A stretch of 64,000 bases of DNA from Hydrolagus affinis (lineage: Eukaryota): the NCBI GenBank assembly GCA_012026655.1, contig JAAILG010000713.1, positions 1 through 64,000 of the forward strand, read 5' to 3'. The first letter of the stretch is position 1. Every line of letters starts with the position of its first letter. Positions 25,842 to 38,232 of the stretch are shown piece by piece. The notes under the pieces were generated by a model that worked only from the letters and a program-made list of their open reading frames with translations, had not been told where the DNA came from and did not search any database. The position numbers were made by a program, and so were the translations under genes.

Positions 25842-26310
25842 CAACAACAACTTGGATTTAAATAGTGCCATCCACCCCAGACAGTATCTCAGAGCGCTTC
25901 ACAATAACGGAGCCCAAGGCCGAGCCAGAGGGAGGGGGAAGGTGACCGTAGGCGCGGTTGAACAGAAAGGTCTTGAAACGCGACCTGAACATGGGAAAGG
26001 AGGGAGTGAGGCTGAGGGATTGAGGGCGGGAGTTCCGGAGTTTCGGGCCGTAGTGACGGAAAGCATGGCTACCGATGGTGGAGAGGAGGATTTGGGGGAC
26101 TAGGCGGAGGCCACACCCAGTACAGCGGAGGCAGTGGGTACTGCTGTAAGGAGAGAGGAGGGATTAGAGGTAATGGAGGGTGCAGAGGAGTAGAGGGATT
26201 TAAACACAAGAGTGAGGATCTTGAAGTTGATCCGCTCTGTGACAGGGAACCAGTGAAGTAATTGGGGAGTGAAGTTTGGGGTCAGCTCAGAATGCGGGCG
26301 GCGGAGTTCC
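25842..26310 (-). mobile_element. L2 LINE 3' end (tail type A)
   Basis: The - strand encodes NSAARIL...LHWFPVTERINFKILTLVFKSL (L2 ORF2 C-terminus) and ends in tgtgaagcgctctgaga...aaatccaagttgttgttg. Confidence 0.88.
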
Positions 26311-27332
26311 TCTGACGCGATGCATAACTTATATAGAAAACCCAGCGAGTCCTGTGCCCATTGTGACTAGCTGTCCCACCCTATTAATCTTGCTGAGTAC
26401 AACCTAATTAACAGGCATCACAGATGCAGTCAAGTGTTCCATTCAGCCAGCTGTCTATCAAGAGGCAAGCAACAAAGGGAAGAGGACATGAATAAATAAA
26501 TGTAAATTGCAGGCAGGTTGAGGCGACCAGATTTATACACCCAATCCTAAAATGAAACACTGCCAACAAAAGAATATATATAATATATACTATTTATATA
26601 GAGAGAGACAGAGTAAATGTACTTATAAAAAGAGTATCTTAAATCTGTCTGAAAGTTAAGAATATCTTATACTTTATTTGCTTGATTCCAAGGTCCAGAT
26701 ATAGAGTCTTATGGTGGAAGAATTTTAGCATCTGATTATAATAATCCTTGCGTTTGATATAGTGTCTTATCCCGTCTCCTAGACATCTCAAAGTACTTTG
26801 CAAGATATACAGTACTGTAAAGTGAATTGGCTGTGTATTATGTGGGCGAAACTCATTTGTGGATTGAGTGACCAAGTTATTATTGCATCGGTGTGCGGGG
26901 ACTATGCGGGTTTCAAGTTCCGATTTGGGGGGGGTGGCTTAAACCCACAATCAGAGCCAGGCTGAAACCAACTGCGTTTCAGTGTAGTGGCTGCCCCCAG
27001 AATTCTGGTGGGGGAGGGGTAGGGAGGGGAACTGTAGAACACCTATAATGATGTCCTCCAGTGATTTGAGATGTTCCTGAGGACTGCAGTTAAAAAGCAA
27101 ATGAGGAACATGGCTTTCATTTAAAGCTGTTGCATCCAGGAGCATTTCAGATGGGAAGATGAACAGTGAGTGGCATTCAAGCTACCAGCCACATTCATTC
27201 TCTCTAAATTGATGGGGGTAAATTGCTGGGCCAGGGATGCTGAATAATTAATCAAGGGGAGACACATTGGTTAACCTTGAATCAATCAGATGTAAAACGT
27301 GGCACAGATTCAACGGAATGGGAGTAGACGCT

Positions 27333-27636
27333 ATAATAATAATCCTTGCATTTGAGATACAGGTAGCGCTTTTCACATTTCCTAGATGTCTCAAAGCACT
27401 TCACAGAATGTACTGTAAAGTGAATTGACTGTATATTTGTGGGCGAAACGCAGCAGCCAATTGCAAACAGTCGTGGATAAATGGCCAATTTATCATAGTT
27501 TTTTGTTGGAGGGATTATCATTAGGCGTGTGGTGAAAGGAAACTTGCCTAAGGTTTCGCCCTGACCTGACTGGATTCGAAACACTGGTCTCACGCTTGTA
27601 AGCTAAGTGCTCTAACCACTGAGCTACAGGACTCCA
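27333..27636 (-). mobile_element. tRNA-derived SINE, full length
   Basis: The - strand starts tggagtcctgtagctcagtggttagagcac (A box) and ends in (TTA)n. Confidence 0.88.
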
Positions 27637-27744
27637 CATGTGATCCAGATGTTTCTTACAAGCTGGGATTCTTTCAAACCACATGGAGGACTTACTCTAC
27701 CCATGGCTGAGCTGTTACATGCCACTTCCGGCTCGCGGGCAGCT

Positions 27745-28050
27745 AACTTCACAGTCGAAAAGGAGAGTCTTGAGTCCAGCCTTGAAAGAGGCAAGGGAGG
27801 AAGCGAGGCGGAGGGACTCGCTTCCTCCCTTGCCTCTTTCAAGGCTGGGATGGAGTTCCAGAGTGTGGAGGCAGAGAAGCTGAAAGCCTGGCCACTGATG
27901 GCAGGTGGGTCGAGTGGTAGACATAGAGCAGACTGGAACCCATTAAACACAGGGAGCGGGCAGGTTGGTAGGGAGTCAGCAGTTCGGAGAGGTAGACAGG
28001 GGCAAGGCCATGGATGGCCTTGAAAGCAAGGACGAGGCTTCAAGTTGATA
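27745..28050 (-). mobile_element. L2 LINE 3' fragment containing a perfect 32-bp fold-back
   Basis: AFSFSASTLWNSIP...SLASFKAGLKTLLFD C-terminal L2 motif. Inverted duplication at 27776-27848. Confidence 0.8.
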
Positions 28051-28172
28051 TAAATGACAAAATGGACATTAATAATAATCTTTGCATTTGATATGGAATT
28101 TTTCATGTCTTCTAGATGTCTCAAAGAGCTTCACAGAATATGATGTACTGTAAAGTGAATTGATTGTATATA

Positions 28173-28378
28173 CAGTAAAAGCCCATTTATGCAGCACCCC
28201 CAGGACCTGCCCAATGCCGGTTAAAGCGCCTGCCGGATATTTGGCTGAATACGCCCCAAAAAAATTTAAATGCATTTTTCCGGATAAATTCCGGTTAATC
28301 GAATACAGACTTTTTTTTGAGATGCCAATTATAAGGAAGTTACAGTTGATGTGGTGCTGGATAAACGGGCTTTTACTG
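28173..28378 (+). mobile_element. Tc1/mariner (Tigger/pogo-type) MITE, 206 bp, nested in a SINE
   Basis: TA|CAGTAAAAGCCCATTTAT...ATAAACGGGCTTTTACTG|TA: TIRs starting CAGT and a TA target-site duplication. Interrupts the SINE at about 28070-28392. Confidence 0.9.
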
Positions 28379-29127
28379 TATGTGGGTGAAACATTCTTTC
28401 TTTTAATGAATTAACAGCTTGAAATGGTCAACGGTGTTACTGGATTCTGCTACTAAATAAGGAAACAAATTAGTTTCTCCCAATATCCTCCCCACCCAAA
28501 ACAGATTTGATCACTCAACTCATGGCTGTTTGTGGGCTGCTGCTGTTTGTAATTTGGTTGCTGCATTTGCCTACAAAATATACAGTTACCCCACCTCCCA
28601 GGAAATGGTCCTTTGGCCTATCTGATCTCATGCTCGCAGAATACTCCCCTACGAACCTCCTATCATGGCATCAAGTTGCTTTTTAATTGAGTCCCAGAGT
28701 TTTGGCTTCAAAAGTCTCAGTCTCTGAATCCGAAGAATCCACGCATGATTGCTTTGTTGTTTTGCAGAATGCAGTCAGCGGAGCGGGCATAAACATATCA
28801 CCTGCAGCCTGGTGTCACCCAGTTAGAGGCTCTTTCAAAGCAACAACTTGACGTCAGGGAGTTTTCGAGCTCCCTGGGGAGGTGGTTTTGTGTGTTTGTA
28901 TTTTGGGTGTTAAAATAAACAAATGCAGCTGGGGAGGGACGGGGGAGGGAGGTGGGGGATTAAGCTTTGTTGATGTTTGTTGGTGGAGCTGTGGGGTAAG
29001 TGGTCTTAAGAAGAGGCACATAATAAAAATTGCTAGACAAAAGATGACAAAGGACCACCCCAGTTTGCCTTCCCCTTTGTGGCAGCCACAGCACTTATCA
29101 TGTCCCTGGAAATGGGCAAAAAATGAA

Positions 29128-29445
29128 GGAATCCTTGCATTTGATGTAGTCCCACACTGTTGAGGCATCTCAAAATGCTTTATAGAATATTCTGTAAGGT
29201 GTTGTGATTTTGCAGGCGAAACGGGGAAGCCAATTGCACATGGTAGTGGATTGAGTGAACAATTTTTGGGGGGTGGGAGGGATTATTTCCCAGTTGACAA
29301 ACAACTAATTTCCTATTTACTGCTAGATAAATAGAGGCATGTGTGTGGAGTCAGGAAACCTGCCTAAGGTTTTATCTGCTCAATGAATCGAACCTAGGCC
29401 CACTCGCTCGCGAGGCGGACGCGCTAATTACTAAGCTACAGGAAT
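29128..29445 (-). mobile_element. tRNA-derived SINE, long form, diverged
   Basis: Carries the cctatttactgctagataaatagagg segment plus head and tail. Confidence 0.75.
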
Positions 29446-29746
29446 CTTTCCTGAAAAGATTAAACGCGTTGGATAGATTACATGATCAATGGGATTGCGC
29501 GCGTTCTGTTCAAATTAGAGTCTCTGTTTATTCTATAGATTTCAGTATCACAGATTTTCTGTCCACTGAATTCTGACAAATGATGACTTTTGAAGTTAAT
29601 GGCACAGTGCAGAGACAGTGACAGTGACAGTCAAGTCATTTCTTCAGTGGTTAATAAATGGCTAGGATACCTTAACCTCACTTTTGGTTTCCTGAAATGA
29701 ATGCTTTGCTTTGAGCCAGACTGACAATAGCTTTGTTGGCAAAACC

Positions 29747-30274
29747 ACTTTGTAAGGACAGACCTTGTAACGATATTTAGAACTGAATATTAAGACCTTT
29801 AAATGTAGCGAGCACAGTTGTTGGAAAATAAATACTTGGATTCCCATCCATAAAATGGGATCAGGTGCTAATACTAACAGAGTGTGTGTGTGTATGTGTG
29901 ATGTCTGAGAGATCAGTCAAAAAGAATGACTGTTTTCATTGTCAAAAGCTTTTAATTAGCAGGCAACTGCAATGAAAGTTGATGCACAATTTATCTCCTT
30001 CTGATACCTGGCCTGTCTCTGGAATAATGGTTGAACCCAGCATACTGAGACCCATTTCAGAAGCAGCTTGGTGATGGGCTGGTAGTAATAATAATACTAA
30101 TGATATTATTTGGCATTTATTTCCCACTCACACGCACGCTCTGTTGGCATTAGCACCTGATCCCATTTTATGGATGGGAATCCAAGTATTTATTTTTCAA
30201 CAACTGTGCTCGCTATATTTAAAGGTCTTAATATTCAGTTATAAATATCATTACAGGGTCAGTCTTTACAAAGT
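29747..30274. repeat. Long inverted repeat: 146-bp arms (29747-29892 and 30129-30274), ~92% identical, 236-bp spacer
   Basis: Hand alignment of the left arm to the reverse complement of the right arm gives 11 mismatches and no gaps. The arms are not derived from the SINE/LINE families seen here. Confidence 0.95.
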
Positions 30275-30420
30275 ACACGGACACTAAACTATACTGTTGT
30301 CCTTTGACATAAAAGGCACTTATCAAATACAAGAATTATTATTATTTTTACATTCAAAAAACCTTGTTCATCTTCTTCAGCCCCCCCAAATTTATTCGAA
30401 ATGAAGCCAAGGTTCATACA

Positions 30421-30800
30421 CGACAACAACACACACTTATATAGCATCCTCCATGCAGTTTCAAGTCTCAGAGGGTTTAACAGTGGCGGAGCCTGACTCC
30501 GAGCCAGGTTGGGAGGTGACCGTAAGCATGGTCAAAAAAGATGGTTTTCAGGCAGGATTTGGAAAAGACGGGAATGGAGGCAAGGCAGAAGGATTGAGAG
30601 AGAGTGTTCCAGAGTTTTGTGGGGGAGTATTGGCTGAACGCGCGACCTCCGATGATGGAGTAGAGGGCGTGAGGGACTAGCAGGAAGATGGTACGAGTCG
30701 AGCGGAGGTTCTGGGTGATGAATCGGGCAGTGAGGTGGTCGGAGAGGTGAGGATGGTGCACCGATAGTTCGATCGAGAGAGAGACTCCATGGACCACCAA
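30421..30800 (-). mobile_element. L2 LINE 3' end
   Basis: IGGRAFSQYSPTKLWNTLSQS...FSKSCLKTIFFD motif and a (TTG)n-like end. Confidence 0.8.
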
Positions 30801-31520
30801 AGCAGGCTAGGCTGCCTGAGTCACAAGGCAGACGCAACTTAAAAAATTTAAAACCTGATTAATGACGAGATATGCCTACGGCATGCAATCAGCACTCAAC
30901 TTTCTCGTAAGCATGATGATGGGGACTTTTGTCAGAAGAGCACATTGTAGCATGCCGTTAGTGAGATCACAGCCTCACTGCCAAGACAAGGCCATAAAGC
31001 GTGCCACAGCCGTGGAATGGAAAGAATTTCATATGTGACTTGGGTAGCAATTCACGACTAAAGAGCAAGTAATCTACTCTGGGAATGGGAGAAGACAGAT
31101 TAGGCTCTGGTTAATGAGATGAGTGGGTGACATTGTTCATCACTCTGGTTAACTAAGCTTCATCTCACACTGACCCCAGGCTGGCGGAGGCTACTCACAC
31201 AGGATGCAGCAACTTGTCAAACAGAGAAGCTGGGTTAAAGATATTTTTTACTCGGTTGGGTTTGGGAGTCCTGATTACTACATTACTACAATTAAAAAAG
31301 AGAATGCAAACCAAACAACAACAACAACAAATTATACTTATAGACAAACTACAGAGAGTTTCACCTCTGAATGGAAACTTCTACGTGTAGAGTGAGCGAT
31401 CCTCCAACCCGCGATCACGCTTGAAGGTATGAGAGTTATGGCTAGTTGTTTTGTTAAGTAAGAACCCATTTCATATGACTTTAAAGGCTAAACTGGATTA
31501 GCCACGAATTTACAGATTGC

Positions 31521-31827
31521 GGAGTCCTTTAACTCAGTGGTTAGAGCACTCACCTTACAAACGAAAGACCTGGGTTCGATTCCAGGAAGTATGAAACATT
31601 AGGCAAATTTCCTTACTCCACATGATTGATAATAAACTCTCAAGAAAAAAAACTATAATATTAAATTGGCCATTTCAATCCACGACTGTTTGCGGGACAT
31701 TGCTGTGTGCAATTGGCTGCCGCAAATATACAGTCAATTCACTTTACGGTATATTTTGTGAAGTGCTTTGAACATCTAGAAGATGTGAAAAGCGCTATAT
31801 CAAATGCAAGGATTATTATTATTATTA
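31521..31827 (+). mobile_element. tRNA-derived SINE, full length
   Basis: ggagtcctttaactcagtggttagagcac...ggttcgattcc...tgtgaagtgctttga...gcgctatatcaaatgcaagga(tta)n. Confidence 0.88.
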
Positions 31828-32921
31828 AAGTTTGAAGCTCCTCGAATTAGAACTTTCCTTCATTCTGACTGAAGGAAGCGTGTGCAGAATGCGCTTTTGT
31901 AACACAATCCATTTGAAAGTTTAATTTTTCTCATCCAAAGGAATTGTTGATAATGTATGTCTCGTCTCGAGCCTCTGCTCTTTGTTTCTTGGGTTCCTGG
32001 CTGTCTGAATTCATTACCAGGGACTGCAGCTTTAATTTTGTCTTCTTTCAATCTTTTCTCTTCCCTAATCTGCTTTAGCCAAGGCAATGGATCTTTGATG
32101 CGCTCGCCTCCTCTCCTTGCTGTGTTTATCAATCATGAATATTGTTGCGACCTTTGCCAGCAAACAGGGCATTAGCCACGAAAATGAATTGACTCACTTG
32201 TGACATTGCTGTGTGCAAATTGGCTGCCTGCAAAACACACAGTCACCACACTAAGCACAGTGAAATCCTGTGTCACGTTTTGGGATGTCCTGATGAAGAG
32301 CTACACCAAATGCAAATAGTATTATTAGTGTAATTATTATAGTCATAATAAAGCTTTTTTTCAACAACAAATTCCATCTGACAAATTGAAACGGATATGA
32401 AGAGAATGATTTTCTGCAATTTCTTAAATTTTATGGCAAAATGGTCTTGAGGGCTGAGACTAGGTGGAATTAGGGACATAACACAGCGACCGAAGAGATC
32501 AAGCTTGTGAGCCATTGCCAAAGAGAATTTCTCTCTCCCGACAATCCCAGAGATAAAATTGGTCATTGACTTCATGGTTGTTTATGCAACACTGTGAGCA
32601 AATTGTCTAACGCATTCGCCAGCAAAGTACACAGTCACTGCATTTCACAACATATCTTGTGAAGAGCTTTGAAATGTATGAATTTAATGCCCTCAATGGC
32701 AACTAAATCCCTCAGTTTACCTTTGGAGTTCTTCTTTTTCCATTTTAGCTGAGAAGATACTTTGGAGACTGTGTTAAGGTCAATCTAGGTGGCAGAAGAC
32801 AAAAAAAAAAAAAAATTGGTCATTTTCAATCCACGCTTTTTATAGCGCTTTTCAAGACACTGCTGTGTGCAATTGGCTGCCGCGTTTCACCCACAGTATA
32901 CAGTCAGTTCACTTTACAGTA

Positions 32922-33133
32922 CAGTGAAAGCCTATTTATCTGTGACCTGATCAACCATAACTTCTGTTTAACCGGCACCGCAAAAAAAGGTCCGCATTCG
33001 ATTAACCAGAATTTATCTGGAAAAATGCATTTTTTATTAAACATTTTTTTTGCATTTTCGGCCAAATATCCGGCACGCGCTTTAACCAGCATTGGCCAGA
33101 TCTTGAGGGTGCCGGATACACAGGCTTTTACTG
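32922..33133 (-). mobile_element. Second copy of the Tigger/pogo-type MITE, 212 bp, nested in a SINE
   Basis: TA|CAGTGAAAGCCTATTTATC...GATACACAGGCTTTTACTG|TA. The interior is the reverse complement of 28173-28378. Interrupts the SINE at about 32815-33220. Confidence 0.9.
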
Positions 33134-35199
33134 TATATACTGTGAAGCTTTTTGAGACATCTAGAAGACGTGAAAACCGCTTTATCAAATTGCAAGGATT
33201 ATTATTATTATTATTATTAGAACCATTGTGGGTTTCAGGAGGGAAGTAGACAGGTTGATGAAAGCTAAAGAGTTGACAGGGTATCAGGATAAGGCAGCAC
33301 AGTTTGATTGAATGGATGGCTTGCTGTGAGTCACAGTGCATGCTTGATGGGCCGAATGGCCCTCTTCTGCATTGTTTATAATTTCTATCATTATAAGACA
33401 GCTATCTCAAGTCAGAAGTGATAGAAAGATAGCATTTTGTTGTAAGGAGATCACAGTGTAATATTTCTGGCAATGCCAGTGTCTTATAAAAACAGAAAAT
33501 AGGCGGCTGCAAGTCTTAGTTTATGCCATGGAGGAAATCAACAATACCCCCTTACTAAACAACTCCTCAACATCTAAAAGCGTCCATTTTCTACTCTGCA
33601 AGATACGATTAAGGGCAATAGCTCTTTAAGTATGAAACATTTGAAGCTAATACAGTTTGCAGCCTTTCAAGTGTGCTTTCTAGCATATGAGAAGTGCTGT
33701 GTGAAAGCCCATAAATTTCTTAGATGAGTATTAAAAATGGAGGAATGTACTTAAAGGGGTATTCTTTATCCCAGTCAAACATTTAGCAAGGACCTGGAGA
33801 CATCCCAACCCGAGGGTCTAGATTTTTATTCTACTTTCAGAGCGTCCAGAATTTGGCTATTTCTTAAACCTAGAGTTATTTTTGAAGTTTTTTTTGACGT
33901 CAGTTTCTTTCAAGAACCGACAGGAAGACAACTTCAAGGCTGAGACTGGATTTAAATATTTGCCAAGTTCTAGACTCCAGAGTGAATCTTGACCCACGTG
34001 AAATTTCTCCCTCGAGAGTTTCTTAACCTTAAAGTAACAATTTTTTATTTTCAAGTACTGTTCATTACATTTCTCAATTAACAAACATCACATCTGTCCT
34101 GCATGACTTGTACTTAATGTGAAAAATGCTAATTGCAATATTAAGGGGTCAGACTGGCATCTGACACTCAATAACAACAACAACAACCACTTGCATTTAT
34201 GTAGCACCCTTTAGTGGGGTAGAGTCCCTGGCACACTCAAAACTCGTCAAAATCTAACGCCACGTTTGAGAGTCTCCAAATCCAAACCACTGAGGGTTTC
34301 ACATCAATATAGTCTCTGTTTGTCTGGTACAGAGTGTACTCTCGCTCTCTGGAGGGACACACACATAATTGCTCACCTAACCCCAGAGAGTTGAAGTGAG
34401 GGTTGGAAAGAGCCAAGGCTTGGAGACTCCAGAGTGTGCACTGAAGTGATTCACAGAATTAACCATCTTAAACTGTGCTGTTTGCTCAGTGAGGGGATTG
34501 GGGACGCAGGTTGACTTGCGCACACATGCATGTTTACACCAGTTAGACATCAGAGCCTGTTTGTCAATCAAAGTAACCACTGAATTGGCTAAACTTAAAG
34601 GATCGTTGCCAGACATATATGAAGTTGGGTCATTGATCTTGTTGACTGGAGTTTACATTGTTTCCTTTGTTTCCTCAACAGATCTGTGGAACAAACTCAG
34701 TCTTATTGCAATTTGCTTCCTGAGCACTGCAGATGGCGATTCTGTATTAATGTTAGCTTTAGTAATTACATGCCAGAAGCTCTCTGGAAAATCATAGTCA
34801 TTTGACTTCAAGTGCCTCGCATTGGGTGTCACACATCATTTAAGACAGAAAAGCATTGGAAAGGCTTTGGTAATTGCCACCTAATGCCATATGCTTGATT
34901 CACAGTCTATTAAATCTGCTTTTTTACACTATTTTGTGCTTATTGTTCAGACACTATTAATTCGCCTGGTGACAAACACCGGGAGTTTCATATATATTTT
35001 TCCTCCCAAACTATCATCAAGAAATACATGGTTATTTTATGCACAGTGCCTCGAATCCCGCAAAGCGCTTTACAGGGAATCACTATCAAGGGCAGCGACT
35101 GTATATTTCTCAGACAACACAACAACAGCAACAACAAAATTACTCTTGTATCGCGCCTTTCACGTCAGGAGATATATTCATCTGAAACATCGGTGACCA

Positions 35200-35421
35200 G
35201 AATAAACTCCCTTCCCTCTGACAGGATTGTAAATATCTAACTGAACTGTCAAAAAATCTCAGTTCAACATCTGAGATGTGGATCACAACTCTGACAATGC
35301 AACTCACCCCCCACAGCACTGCACTGCAGCGACAGCTAGACTGTGAGCTCAAAGCCCTGTTGTGAGGTTTGAACTCACAACCTCCTGACCCAGAGACGAG
35401 AGTGCTACCGACTGAGCCCAA
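35200..35421 (-). mobile_element. Deu-domain SINE 5' half
   Basis: The - strand head reads tgggctcagtcggtagcactctcgtctctgggtcaggaggttgtgagttcaaacc. Confidence 0.7.
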
Positions 35422-37954
35422 GCTTTGTTGTCAAAGCTTGTTCTCCTACATTAGTAATGCTTGAATTAGAACAATGGTTCTCTGTAGTTTGGTGTGTGGA
35501 AAGGGCGTGCTCGGTGCTGTGAACCTATTTGACTTGGGTGTTACCGCCCCGTTTTATGGAACACTACTCACCCTATTTTCAGTACTGAAGTGTAGTACTG
35601 AAAATTAATGTTGTAATATTCTTCTCTAAATTGACGTAAATGTTTGGCAAATAACATTCCCGGCACATTCTCCGATGTTGTCTTGCCAAAGTTCCCCTTG
35701 GACACCAATCTACTGCATTCTTACAACAACAACTTGTGTTTATATAGCGCCCTTCACATGGGGCAGTGTCTTGTAGCATTTGAAAGGTTCTGGGTCCATT
35801 GTCCCAACTTTAACCAGTTAAAACCCCATAGCTTGCCATTGAAAGCACTATCCGCCAAGCTTCCCTCTGCTTGCCCAGCTTGGACCACTTTACCCTTTAG
35901 GACTTTGGCTTGCAGAGTTCACAGGGGCTGAGTGGGAGGATTTCCTGGTTCAGTGATTTGGTCTGCCCTTCCAAGTCCTGCCGATGAGCCGTACAGGCCT
36001 TACTGTCATCGGCAGTGCCCTGGAAAACTACAGACCCGCCTGGCTCAGGAACCAGACTACCAAGAGAGATGGTTACTAGTGATTGCGACATTCCATTTTT
36101 CAAGTTCGCAGAATTCGGAAAATGATTGGCGTTTTGACAGGTCGGGTCAGACACAGAGAGTTACCTGAGAATGAAACTCTGACAAGCTGCAAATTAACTC
36201 CTGTCAGAATAAAAAATAAAACAGCCTGGAGTAAACATCTGGCTGAGGCTGGGAATAGAAAAAGCACGGAGAGAGATAATCATAACCTCTGGGGAACGCA
36301 GTGTTTCCTGCACTGCTGTGACCAAGGAAAATGTCATCAAGAGAGAGCAACCAGGCTGAACAAAGAAGATGAGGGATGGATAGATATTCTGCAGTTTTGT
36401 TAGATTGCCTTTGAGGTCAGTGAGAAATTATGATGATTTTCCTCCCCCCCAGGAGATCAAATAGATTCCAAGCATCAGGCAGATTGCAATTGGCCTTGGA
36501 TGAGATGGAATGCATTAACGGGATGAATCGAGCTTTCTTGTTCCATGCTGTCCTGTTCTTTTCTTGACCTTCCTCCTTGGCTCCAGTGAACAGTGCCTTG
36601 AACCCGTCCTTTGTTTCATTCAAGGTTTAACCATTCCATCCCTTCCTCTCTACCCCGCAGTGTTTGGGGGAGCTTCATTGCTGGGTCCTCGTAGTCTTTC
36701 GGATGAGATGTCAAGCCAAAGACCTTTTATCCGAAGAGATGAGCAACCCCCCCCTCCCCCCACTTCCTCCCCCTTTTCTCCACCCTCCCCGATCCCGACC
36801 CTAGCTCGGGTTCGAAACACTGACTGTCCAGCGCCTTGGGACGTCCTCCCGACATGAAACTCACTATACAAACGTACTTTTGTTGTTGTTAAAGACGCAC
36901 TCTTTGGAAGAAAAGTGTACTGGCTAACACTCAACCAGATAAATTGATCAATAATAATAATCTTTGATCAATAATCAAGGATTTTTAATATTATTTACAG
37001 GCAACAGTAATTCCAGTAACAATGCCATATCTATCATTATAATGATCCTTGCATTTTGACATAGTGCCTTATTACGCCTTTGAGACTTCTCAAATAACTT
37101 AAAACAAATAACTTGTGTGACATCTTTCATGGATCAGGTGGATATCCCAAATGGCTGGAACAAAGTCATGACACCTAACCGTAATAACTTGCAAAACATT
37201 TTGAGATGTGTTGACGTTATCAGGTGCTTTAGTTTAGTGAGGTACATTCTGTTTAGTTTATTGCATCCAAATCTATTTTGGTGCCTTGGCTCTCTCTTCC
37301 TATTGTATTCCACTCTCTTTTTTCCACTCTCGCTTACTTGCAGTCTGCCTGCTGCTCTAACTCTGTGTCTTGATCCTCAAGCCATTAATTCCTGCTCCCA
37401 GCGCTGCCTGCTGATTCTCCCTCCACCCCGCCACCCCATCCCATCCTCTTCATCTTTCTTTATCTCTTCAGCATGTCTGACAGCTGAGATTATTTCAAAG
37501 ATCTAATCCTTCGAAGGGACCAGCACTGCCTGCTTTGCTCACAAGCGAACAACATTGATATGCAAAACACCTACCTGCTGCGTTATTCTCCAAAGGAAAT
37601 GGTTTGAGTACACTACAATCCTAGTGACATATACGTTATCCTTAGGAGGAAGCCTGGGGCTGAAGGCTAATGCAGTTTGATATGTATTGGACCATCTTTT
37701 ACTTACCTCTGTTTACCTAGCTGTAAGTAGTCGATTGGCAGATTGCTTTTCTGGTGGTGGTAATAATTACTTCAAAATTAAAAAGAATAATAAGGAAATG
37801 GGCACTCAATCCAACTCCAATTCAGCGCATCGAATTTGTTTTGAAAAAACAGACTGGAAAGGGGCTAGTCTTTACTAGTCTTAAAAACACACCTGAAGAC
37901 TTTCCTCTTCGATCGTTCCATTGTCCACCTCCCTTGTCTTTCCAGCTCGGAGTC

Positions 37955-38135
37955 AAACCACACTGCTGCTTGTGCCAGTGCTGGCTCTTTGAAAAGAGCC
38001 ATCCAAATCACTCCCATTCCTCCGCTCACTTCCCATAGCCCTGCAAAGTTTTCCGCCCTAATTAGCTGCTTCTCCCTTAAAAGTTGTGATCAAATCGGCT
38101 CCCACCACCCTTTCAGGCAGTGCGTTCCAGATACA
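37955..38135 (-). mobile_element. CR1 LINE 3' fragment
   Basis: ctggctctttgaaaagagccatccaa...ccaccaccctttcaggcagtgcgttccaga; same family as 59955-60165. Confidence 0.65.
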
Positions 38136-38232
38136 AATAACTCGGATTCAACAAAATAGCGCCATCCACGCTGGACATCTCTGTTCAGTATATGAATAGT
38201 TCAGGATATGACATGCATGCGATTGCCAGGAG

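Noticed and set aside
28069-33341. Similar translated ORFs at 28069-28414 and 32904-33341 (KCIFPDKF.LIE)
   Set aside because: The similarity comes from two copies of a non-coding MITE, not from paralogous exons.
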